From the NCBI GenBank assembly GCA_965153285.1, contig OZ229110.1: a stretch of DNA of 64,000 nucleotides. One strand, given 5' to 3'. Below, in pieces: positions 50,466 to 61,050 of this stretch. The stretch comes from Podarcis tiliguerta. Its lineage: Eukaryota. A program made the translations under genes and the position numbers. How positions within the stretch are numbered: the first letter of the stretch is position 1; each line of letters starts with the position of its first letter. Below the pieces are notes generated by a model, which saw only the letters and a list, made by a program, of their open reading frames with translations, was not told the origin of the DNA and searched no databases.

Positions 50466-51545
50466 CAGGCTCAAACATGGACATTATGACATCAACTTGG
50501 GAATGTCCTATATCTAAGAGAATCCAATGAAAGGAGCTATAATTTAGCTGCTCAAGAATTGCTCCCAGTCAGAAATGTATTTGTTAAGAAAACAATTGCT
50601 GATACTTCAGATAAGAAAATAGACTCCTTTTGTTCCGTTACAGGTGGGCCATTAAACATGGAGGAACAAGTAAGCCTGGTCAGTGGAAACAGTCAAAAGT
50701 GGACAATCCTTTGTGGAATAAGTTGACCTATATGTGGCCTGTGCTTCCAAATGGAGAACTAAACCAGGTAATTTGGTAAAGTGCAACCCACACATGTGCA
50801 GATATGTCCATAGCTATTTGAGTACACTTAAAAAGCATATCTCTAGGCTTACATTTAAAATATACACTTGCAGATACACACTAATAGTGTGAAAAACATT
50901 TACTATGTTAATTGCATATTAGAAATGACGTATATAATTACTAAGATCACAATCCAGAGAGTTTCACTAGGCATGAATTTGATCATTCCTCACACCTAAC
51001 CATCTCCTTTCTCCTCCCCAGCAAACTCTTATTTTTTTTTTATTGTCCAGAATATACTCACCATTGTGCGTAATTCTTTTCATTAAATTCACTTTAACAG
51101 AGGCCAAGTGCCATTTTGCTGATTTCTCTACTTAGTTCCATATGTCCGGAAACCAGTGCTAAAACATTTCTTTTGCTACTAATTTGTTGCATACATTCAT
51201 GGTCTGAAGCAAATGCTTATGGTCAGCACAGGCACAGTATTTTTTTCTTGTTCTCAACTGAGTAAACTGTCTAAGCAAATTTGAATGTACAAAAAATATT
51301 CCTTTCTAAATATTAAGGTTGCAGTGCATGTAGGATTATCTAATCAAGCCAGTGCAATGGGCAGAGCAATTCTCTTGTGCCCAGTCGCACAGTAGTGGCT
51401 ATAAGCTCTCAGTAGTCTGACCCATGCCCCACTCATCTCTTTTTTTCCCTTTTGAGGTAAATAATGCTGGATTGATTGATTTCCATTGGCTTGGGCACCC
51501 TTCCACTAGAGCAGAAGCTGGAAGAATGTGCTGTATCCTAACTCA

Positions 51546-51716
51546 AAAGAAACGCCATGGTGCATCTGCAAGCACAACCAGATTCTGCAACAAAACATGT
51601 TTCTCCCGCATCCGTCTCTACAGTCACAGCAGGCGCTGTAACCTTCCAACAGTTTGACTTCACCCCCAAAGGAACACTCCTCTGCTGTCTACCAAGACAG
51701 ATAGATGCCAACAACC
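51546..51716 (+). mobile_element. RTE-1-type LINE 3' fragment (not BovB)
   Basis: Encodes CNKTCFSRIRLYSHSRRC (C-terminal zinc finger of RTE ORFs); tail GACAGATAGATGCCAACAAC. Confidence 0.8.
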
Positions 51717-53544
51717 AGCCCAATGGATTCAGGATTTGGATTGTACCATAAGACAGTTTAGGGTGAAGATTTCCTTCAGTGTTCCATAAAATGATCCTCT
51801 ATGATCTAACTGATCCTTCAGTTCCCTACTTCCTATCTCAATTCTTCAACCTTTGGTTGAAGACTAGCTTATATACTTTAAAATTAAAACAAATAGCCTC
51901 CAGCAAGCCCTTATTCTCATAGTGTCAGTCCGCTCCCTAGCCCTGCAATATGGAGTTACTGAATTGGTATGCATATGTGTGACATTTGGTCACTCTTAGC
52001 TGTTGTAATTCTTATAACTGGAATAAACGCTTTGTTTATGTTTTGAAAGGCTTTTGACTGGCCCATTGAAGGCTTGCTGATTCCAAACAGCCCTCCCTTG
52101 AAGAAACCTACTGGTAAGAAGTCAGACAGCTACATGCCTCTGAGACTCAGAGTTTTGAAAAATGGAGAACAGGACAAAAGCAAAGCCATCTTTGTTCTTG
52201 GACCCGACTGTACAACTGTGGCTAAAAAACAGTAAGAAAATTATAGTTAATTTTCATAATCTAATGAGCACAGTAAAGGTTTTGTAATTTGTAATTTCCA
52301 AATCTATTACTGCTTTCAACTTTATATTTGAAAAGTTGCCAACCTCCAAAAGTAGCCATCTATTTTACTTTGTGGTGGTAAAGAAAACTCATTCTGAACA
52401 CTGACTTAGTTCCCTGTGGTTACATTTCAGAGTGTATGATGCCACCGGGCTGGCAATGCTCATGTGAATGTTATCTCCACCTGGAGACTGGCTACAAGCC
52501 CATCATAAAAATTCTGGCACTTTTTTAACAGCTGCAGTTGTGCAGATTTTGGCAGCCATGTGTCCACTACAACTAGTATGTTATCACAACAAGCTTTCAA
52601 GCTCACTACTTGATACCATGGATGAGCTTATAGGACCCACCCACCTGTTTCTTTGGAGATGCTATGGAATTATCATATAGTAGGATGCTGTTGAGATCTT
52701 CTGTGGCTCCTGGTGTGTGAGTGATTGCTGGAAAGAGAAGAGAGAGTCTAAGCACCTGACTTACCCATTCCCTTTTTTATCCACTGGCAAGCCAGTTAGG
52801 TTTTTATTTAATTTCCCCTGTCTAGTTGGGAAGAGCAAGCTTGATTTTTAATATCTGGAGTTGTCCTAATTGCCATCTCCTTCCGCAATCAAAGGAGAGC
52901 AGTTTGCATTTAGAAGGCCCTTGGGTGACCCTGGAGGAACACACCAAAGGGAGTTGTCCGATTGGAGGTAGACTAGAGGTGAGGGCGCCACCCTTTTTAC
53001 TCCTCCTCGGAGCATTGTTTGCATTGTATTGCTATATGAGGCTTAGATGTGCTGTTTGGCCTTACATAGGAGACCATTGGGACCCTGGGAGTTGGAATCC
53101 CTTGGGTGGGAGGATTGGACGTTTTATGTCTGCAGTGTCCCAGGCGGATGATGGGATGGAGAATGCCTGTGAAAGAAGTTCAGCTGGAGATTAATTGCTG
53201 TGAGGTGCCCTTTTAGTGTGTACTGGCAATAATAGGTCTGTGACTGGGTTCTTTGTTTGCCTGAGCACCTGTGACCATCTTCAAGTGAGTGGATTTCAGG
53301 CAGAAGGTGCCTGGCAAGAAGAGGTCTTGAAGGGGACACAGTAGCACAGCCTATCTCTATGATTGAGGAGAGGAACAGGCACAGCTGAAGGAGGGAATGC
53401 CAAAGGGAGGATTACAGGTGCTTACATCCTGTTCCCCTCACCAAGCCCCAATCTATGCTTGATACACTGGGTGCTCTACCTCTGTGCCTAAAAGTCTGGT
53501 GGTGATATTGTTAAATGATAATCCATGATTTAGTTGTGAATGAG

Positions 53545-54050
53545 CAGGTAGACCTGGGTGAGGAAGCAAGGAGAGCCAGACCTAACCCATCTCTGCCCAA
53601 CTGAGTATTTGGTGCAATGCCAAGCCAAACTGGAGGGGTGGGCTGAGGGAGTTGCTGTGGTCCACAGGAGTTCATGCTCCATCACCAGGAAACCTCTCCT
53701 TGGAACAGAAAATGAGGGTCTAAATCTGGCGCTGGGACAAAGAGACAAGCTAGGGATGCTGTTGGTGTACTATCCGCTCTGCTGCCCAACAACCGCCTCA
53801 GCCAAGCTGGCCAAAATGATCTCCAAACATGGTGTTAGAAGAACCCAGGACAGTTGTGCCGGGTGATTTCAGCATCTACACTGAAGATGCCTTGGGTCCA
53901 GTTCAGGCCTCTGTGGCAACCATGCGACTGTCTCAGGTGGCCATCAGCCTGACACACACAGCAAGGCATACACAGAACTTGGACTTTGCTTCAAATGGGA
54001 AGAGAGGAACAATCTGGAAGTAGGTAGGGTGAATATTATCCTCTTGCCAT
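53545..54050 (+). mobile_element. L2/CR1-group AP-endonuclease fragment
   Basis: TWV...LCPTEY...EGVAVVHRS...LGMLLVYYP...GDFSI are degenerate EN motifs. Confidence 0.75.
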
Positions 54051-54157
54051 GGTCCTGCCACTTTAATAATGTAACCCTTTTAATGACTGTGCCATATAGT
54101 TTTAAATGTTTTTATATTGTTGTATATCACCCTAATGTTTTCTGTAAGGGCATAATA

Positions 54158-54187
54158 TACATACATACATACATACATACATACATA
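54158..54187. repeat. (ATAC)n microsatellite
   Basis: Direct reading. Confidence 0.9.
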
Positions 54188-55938
54188 AATGCATCACCAG
54201 GATTACTGAAGAAACTTGTCTGCAGTTGCTCTGATCAAGTAGGGAAGATCTGAGTGTTGAATCACAATCTTACACGTTACTTGTATCCTTATTGGATATG
54301 CACCCATATTAGCAACAGGTTGCTGTCTGCCTACATCACACTGGATTAAGAATGGAGTGTGTACAACCCAACAGATAGGGGTTAAGACCACCATATACTT
54401 AAAGCACATTTTCCTCCCTCATAATCCTGGGAAATGCAATTTGCCCCTTACAACGTTACCTTTCCTAGCACCCTTAGGCAAACTACATGTTTTATTTTGG
54501 CAAGGGACAAGATGAGTTTTAAATGTCTGGCATGCATTAAGGCTAGATGTGCACTAGGTAATCCAATTCTTGTGGTAATGATGGGAATGTGCCTTCCAGT
54601 AGGTCTTGCAATGGTAACATTCTAATGGTAGCACATTTTTCTGTTTTCAACATGTAAAAAAATGGAAGGAAGACAACTGGAGATAGCCTGAAGTATATAA
54701 ATTACAGGAATGATTTAGAATCATGTCCCTAGCAGATTACAAGGTTGTAAAGAGCTTTTACGGACACATAGCTTGCCTTTTTGCACAATAATTCCCACAG
54801 AGTTTCACTTGAAGCTGTTTCCATATTTGTTGGATGCAACAACTCTGTGAATATAAATTATATCTATTTGGATAAACCGCTTGAAAACAGTGAGCATTAT
54901 GCTTGGAAAGAGCAGATTTTGTATGTTCATTTTATATAACAGGACTTTGAATATTCATATAGCAGTGAAAAGCTTTGATGTAAAGAATAAGTTAAATACA
55001 TCGTTTCTCACATTGTTAGCAGAGATGTCACCTTTTGACCTTTCTTTTAAGGTTTTTAGAACATCTGATACTTTTTGATAATGGTTTAATATTACTTTTT
55101 CAGATTGATTAAATACACTTCATACATCACTGAACAATGAGTAGCATTCAGATCGGCTGTCCACTGAGCTGCCTGCAAAAATGATAAAGTTAAAAAAATA
55201 ATCTTCAAAGTAAAGTCAAGCCTGAAATTGAAATCTTTGACGCATACATCTCATAATTAGTTCTCCCTCTGCCAGATCTAAAATGTGAATATGCTGTTCT
55301 TAAAATTGTTCAGATCTTTTTACAGAGAAATTTAATGAATGGTATCAGCTTTTTAAAAAGTTCTTCCTCTAGATCTGAAGTTCCTCAAACCAAACTAGCT
55401 TTTATGAAGTTGTTGAATTTCCAATTTAGGTCATTTAAGAGAGTTGGGGTTGGGGTGTGGGTTGTGATCCCCGTGGCTGATGCAACAAAGAGCTGGGCTT
55501 AATACAGGTATGTGCCTGGTGCCAGAATGAGGCCATAATCAGACTTTAGGAACTTAGCCCAACTGTAGGTGCGGTCGCAGTCAATTATAGGTTAACACTG
55601 GTGTTATTGCTGCCACTTCTCCACTGTTTGTCAGTTTGATCTCATGTTGGAAGGAGAGAATTGGGACAGAAAGATTGTCTGATCCCTGTTCCACTGGAGT
55701 CTGTTTCAAAGGTGTAGGACATAGGATATAAATTCCATATAGCTTGATGTAAAAGTGATATACATATCACATTTGTTTCATGTAAGCACAGTAGGATCCC
55801 AAGAAAAACTTCAGGCATACTCAGTGTCTTTAGACACGCCCAGTGGGGTGTTGTATTTCCTTTCAACAACTGACCTTCATGACATATCATGAAGTGTTTA
55901 GAAAGTTGCTTTTTAAAAAAATCAGATTGCCAAATGGC

Positions 55939-55970
55939 ATGGAGAACAGCTGCCCTATTGACCATGAAGG
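55939..55970 (+). CDS. Candidate first coding exon part (MENSCPIDHEG) of unidentified plus-strand gene
   Basis: GGC ATG G Kozak context; donor GG|GTGAGT; ends phase 2, matching exon 56964. Confidence 0.45.
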
Positions 55971-56963
55971 GTGAGTTGCGCGGTTCTGTGGATTCCAGCT
56001 ATTGATATAGATGTACCGGTATATGCAATCATTGTGTATACATTTTTCAAATGGTTTTGGTGGTGGTGGTGGTAGGATGTCTATTCAGGCAGCAAGTGTC
56101 AGTGAAGTTTTTTGTTAACCAGGAAACTTTGTTGTTTTGCTGTGCTCCATGGTGGTAGATGCAGCAGTTCTTCCCAATTGGTGCCACCATTTTCCATCCC
56201 CAAATGTTACTGGAATGGTGTTGTGTCAAGTGAGCAAGGGTGGCGATGGCAGCCAAGCTAGTAGCTGTGAAGAAGGGCTCTTGCTTTTGCTGCTAGCTCT
56301 GCTATCACAGCTGGTGATAAACCTTCATTTTTTACAATAAAAAAAGGCAGGGAATTGGTGTTTGCTACTGGGGTGAGCAAACCCTGGAAAACCAATTTCA
56401 AAAGGTTTTCCCCACACCTACTCCAAATAGGGTGCTAAATTTTGGAGGGCATTTCATTTCAACCTTGTGTAGTTTCTGCACATTTCCTTTATGAAAATGT
56501 AGAAAATTTACACATATGAAGTAGGTTAGGAAGGATTCAGGTACTTTAAGAAGTACAAATATACGTATATATGTGGTGCTGTGTATTTCCCCCATGTGAA
56601 AGGGAAAATAACTTATAGCATTGTAGCATCAGTGTGTCTTATAATGACCAAGCTAGTGTCATGGCTGTGAACATTGATGCCACCAGGAATAAGATGTGGA
56701 GTGAAGAGTGAATATTTTGTTTGCTTGTTTGTTTGTTTAATTAATTTCTATCCTATCCTTCCTTTCTTTCCCAAGGGAGCCAGGGATGGCAAACATCAAA
56801 AGGTTGAAACAGCACAGATTTGCCTTGTCTGCTGAGATTGTGTAGCTGTGTTTCATGTTTTTCCAGACTTGCACTGCAAACTACAAAGGAGGATCTTTTT
56901 ACTCTCTTGGAAGTTTTTTGGGTTAGAAAAATCATTCAATCAACATGCTTTAATTTCCTCTAG

Positions 56964-57074
56964 AAATGTTGACCCAGAAAGGAAACAGAAAGTGAAGAGA
57001 CTCCCGAAGGCACACGATGATGCTGATTCAGAAAAGAAAATACACCGAAAAGAATTCCAGCATTTTCTGGAACG
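56964..57074 (+). CDS. Candidate coding exon (NVDPERKQKVKRLPKAHDDADSEKKIHRKEFQHFLER)
   Basis: Acceptor ctttaatttcctctag, donor CG|GTAAGT, 111 nt, phase 2/2, only one open frame. Confidence 0.65.
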
Positions 57075-57616
57075 GTAAGTAAACCCACATCACAATCTTT
57101 ATTTCCCCCCAATTTAGATATGTAAGCACTTGTGTGCTAAGGCATATAGTCAACTCAATGCTCTCTAGATGCTGTCGGGCTCCAGGTCAGCAAGGCTGGT
57201 GATTTCTTTATTTATTAGTATAGTTGTATATCAGGAATATCCCAAGGTGGTTCACATCCTAAAGGGAATTAAATACAATATCAAATATATAGTCTATAGT
57301 AAAACTGGTATCACAAACCACATCACATACAACAATAAACATGGTCAGCAAAGGCAGGCTGCCAGCCTCATAACTAGTTTAACCAAAGGCCTGAGTAAAC
57401 AGATGCATTTAAACTGGTGCAAGAAACCCGTCAGGGTCAGTGACAGCCTGCTCTGTTAGGGAAGGACACTCCAAAATTGTGGTGATGCTATTGAGAACGT
57501 CCTGGATATGGCAGTTGTAGGCTAGCAATATCTGGCACTAGGTTGGCTGCTGATATGCCAAGGCTAGGAGTGGAGAATGACACAGTTGCCTATACTGTAT
57601 AGGCTATCCAGGCTTG

Positions 57617-57691
57617 TAACTCTCCAACCGTTTGACTTCACCCCAAAGGCCCACTCCTCCATTGTCTCCAGAGACAGATGGATGCCAACAA
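57617..57691 (+). mobile_element. RTE-1-type 3' tip
   Basis: gtttgacttcacccc...gagacagatggatgccaacaac matches 51640-51716. Confidence 0.8.
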
Positions 57692-58462
57692 CGGTAGCTT
57701 ATAACTTTTTCAGTGCACATGACACATTTAGAGAGGGGTGTTTTGTAGGCAAAGGGGCTTGAAAGGCATTCATGCTTCCCTTCAATATGCAGGAAGCATA
57801 TTGAAACTTTCCTTCACTGCTGTGAAATTGTTCACTCACCTTATACCTTCCCTTGCCAGGTTCCTAATTATTGCTCTTTTTTATTTGTTAATTAGCTGTC
57901 CCCTTGACCATATCAGCTCACAATAAAATAGCCATACAAAATTCAGACAGTAATAATATTTGCCATAAAATACCACCCTCAAACGCAACCATTGGGTTTT
58001 AAAAGCAGGAATTGTAAAGCAAGGAATCTAGTGCTCACCAATAAAACTGGTACATCAGCCTGGTGTGGCTGTGGAAGAGCACTCACTGTCTTTGTCATTC
58101 TGCAGAGATGCTGTGCTGCCATTCTGTACAGCTGAGGAATCACCAGTCTTGAAATTGCTCCCTGTAGACAGGATTAGTTATTTCCAAACCTGGAACCATT
58201 TTCGCTTTACTTCATAAATACTCCCCTGTGATGCTTGGACTTACGACTCCTAAGCCATCAACAGGATAAACTACACTTCAGGTTACAGCAGTGCTGGGTT
58301 AATTGATATTTCTAATGAAGAGTACAGTTGCCCTGTTTGTAATGTGCCACTTCAATCCCTTCAAGTGTTGAAAACTTAATGCAAACAGAGCCATATACTG
58401 TATACACATTCTCCTTATTTAAAAAGGTGCACCATGGCATTGAATTTGCCTTTTGCTGCCAG

Positions 58463-58526
58463 AAGACTGTTCACTGAAAAGGGGGTCGAAATCTGTCTTT
58501 TGGAAGACTTGGAGAGAGATCAGCTG
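58463..58526 (+). CDS. Candidate coding exon (RLFTEKGVEICLLEDLERDQL)
   Basis: Acceptor tttgccttttgctgccag, donor TG|GTAAGG; phase 2 to 0 continues the frame of 56964-57074. Confidence 0.6.
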
Positions 58527-58945
58527 GTAAGGAAAAAAAATGAAAATGAAATCAGAGGCATTAGTGCTTCTTCAGAAAGCGTTGTTCCTATAAAATGAGC
58601 AGATAATGATGAATCACATCCTACTCGTATCGTTCCAAACACTGCTTGAAGCTATGGTTGTGTTATGCCCCATGAATATTGCAATTAGTAATAGGAGAGA
58701 AAAAATACCCTTTTGGCATTGAGTTAAACCCAAAGAAAGAACTCTTGCAATGGGAAAGCAGACTTTGGAAACAAAGTTTGAAGTCTGGAAAATGAAAGAG
58801 AATATAAAATTGAAAATGGGCTTAATTTGCATTTGGCATTTTGCTCAGGATACAGGGCAAAAGAAATAACTGAGAATCCTGACTTCTCTGGGATAACAAG
58901 GGTGGGATTTAGAATAATTTGGGATCATTCCCTCCCGCTCGTCAG

Positions 58946-59239
58946 GAGGGGTTCCCAGAGCAGACTGGGCAGACGGAACTGGAAAGAGCAGCAAATCCTT
59001 CCTTAAAAGCTAAATTGTTATCAATGAAACAAACAATGCCAACCCTGGGAAAAAGAAATCCGTTGAGACTACATAAACCAACAGCACTTCAATCTTGCGA
59101 ACCTTTGTATACTTTACATATGACTTGTTGTCTAGCAGAAAGAACCAAAGAACACCTTATTTACTCCCCCCAGAACAGGACATGTGTGGCAAGAAACTCT
59201 TGTTTTGTCTGTGAGAGCAAGGAAGACAGTCTACTGTGA
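58946..59239 (+). CDS. Candidate coding exon (EGFPEQTGQTELERAANPSLKAKLLSMKQ...), 3' end uncertain
   Basis: Acceptor ttccctcccgctcgtcag, phase 0, in frame with ORF 58919-59239. Confidence 0.45.
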   Translation, partial: EGFPEQTGQTELERAANPSLKAKLLSMKQTMPTLGKRNPLRLHKPTALQSCEPLYTLHMTCCLAERTKEHLIYSPQNRTCVARNSCFVCESKEDSLL

Positions 59240-59497
59240 TATAGAAAAGCAGTAGCCTAGTGAATGGGTTCTCAGGTATATAGGGCTTTCTACCAATGAA
59301 TAACTCTCTGCAGCCAACTCTCTCCAGCCAAAGGCCACATCAGCTGAGGCAAGGATGTTCACTTTTAACTGTGTGTGAAAGTATGCACCAACACCCAAGT
59401 AGCTGCTGTACAGATTTCTTCAAGAAGCACCCTACCCGCAATGGTTGCAGAAACCTCTGCACTGCTTACTGATTAAGCTGTGGAGCACCCTCTAGTG

Positions 59498-59673
59498 CAG
59501 GGGTTGTCAACCTGGTCTCTACCACCCACTAGTGTGTGTTTCAGGATTCTAGGTGGGTAGTATGGCACAAGTTGAATCTTCCTTCTATCAAGCACTGGTG
59601 GACGGTAAGGAAATTTTACCATCAAGAAAGATTCATTAGTGGGTGGTAGGTATAAAAAGGTTGACCACCCCTA
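59498..59673. mobile_element. hAT (Charlie-like) MITE
   Basis: TIR CAGGGGTTGTCAACCT / AGGTTGACCACCCCTA; perfect 8-bp TSD CTCTAGTG at 59490-59497 and 59674-59681. Confidence 0.92.
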
Positions 59674-60788
59674 CTCTAGTGGAACCTTCGCCCTTTAGCC
59701 AGGGTCAACCTAGTCACCTTTTTCTCTAATAAAGTCTTTGGGAAAGAAACAAAGAGAGCCTCTAGCACACAAAAATGCATTGTATTAGGGGAAGTGGCTT
59801 GCAGAAATGTGTATATTTGTCAGAACTGCATACAAAAAGGTGTTTAATGAGGAGAAATTCACATTAAAATACTGGTTTTTCATGGTGGGTTTTTAAAATA
59901 GCAAATCGCTGCAGAAATGTAAACTGAATTTAAGATGGTAAAAATGAGAAACTGACAGATGTGTTCATCCCGACTCCTGAGCTCTATGAAAAAATAATTT
60001 TGGGAAGCCACACTGTGAGCTGGTAGTATATATAGATCGTTAATAAGGACTTTAAATACCCTCCTTACTTTCCCCAGAATAGGACATGCATGGCAAGAAA
60101 AATCCTATTTTCTCCCTTCTGGTAAAGTGGGATAATATCTAATCACATGTCCAGATGAACAAAAAGTGCTTCTTGTCTTCAACAGACATTTATTTCAACA
60201 CTGAAGGCAAAAGAGCTACTTGCCATTTTAGTGAACTATTGACAATGCTAAAAGTGTGGCTCATTTTATTTTAATATTTATTGAGTCACTATTTCCTTTT
60301 TATCCTAGAGATTGGTGTTTAAATTTTATTATGTAATAAAAGAACCATATTATACTTCCCAAGTTCAGCAATATTCATTGGGTATAAACCTTAAAGAAGC
60401 TGAGGAGAATTAATTACTAATTTTCTATGTGATCTATTTCTCTGATTTTGTTGCCAAGTATGGTGGTTTTATAGGGCCTTAATTATTTAGCTTCATTTTT
60501 TTTAGTAAAAAAATAGTATTTAAATATGAACCATTTTTATTCAAATACAAAATTCCATTTTTCTTTGTTACATTTGCATTGCACTTTGCTAAAGGTATAA
60601 AATTGTTGCTATTGTTTTCTCCTGAAGCTTTCCTTTGTACTCTGCTAACTCCAGATGCTCCAGCCTCAGGTATTTGCAACAGGAACTCCTGGAATGTTTT
60701 GGCTTATAGTACTGAAAGTCCAATGCAGAAACTGAGAAATATCTGGAATTTTGTTCAGAGTGTAAGCTCAGCTGAAGATTTCACAATA

Positions 60789-60790
<2 letters not shown>

Positions 60791-60820
<30 letters not shown>
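60791..60820. repeat. (ATTG)n microsatellite
   Basis: Direct reading. Confidence 0.95.
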
Positions 60821-60821
<1 letters not shown>

Positions 60822-61050
60822 TTGGTTGCTGTTTAGTTTCCATAGTAATAGTTGCATTTTTTTTATTTTAAAGAGATTTTATTTAAGAAATTCATATTCC
60901 ATTTTTTAAAAGTCCTTCGCAAAGCAGCCTACAAAATGTTTAGTATACAAATCTGGCTTATAAAGCATTTTAAAAATAATAAGAAAAAAATCAAAGTACC
61001 AGAGTATTTTGGTTTTGACAAGGTTCACATGGAATGCTATGCTGAACCAT

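Noticed and set aside
50644-52113. Two micro-exon candidates (50644-50669 with ATG; ~52091-52113)
   Set aside because: Splicing the second onto the downstream exons creates a TGA stop, so they cannot be supported as coding. At most they are UTR exons.
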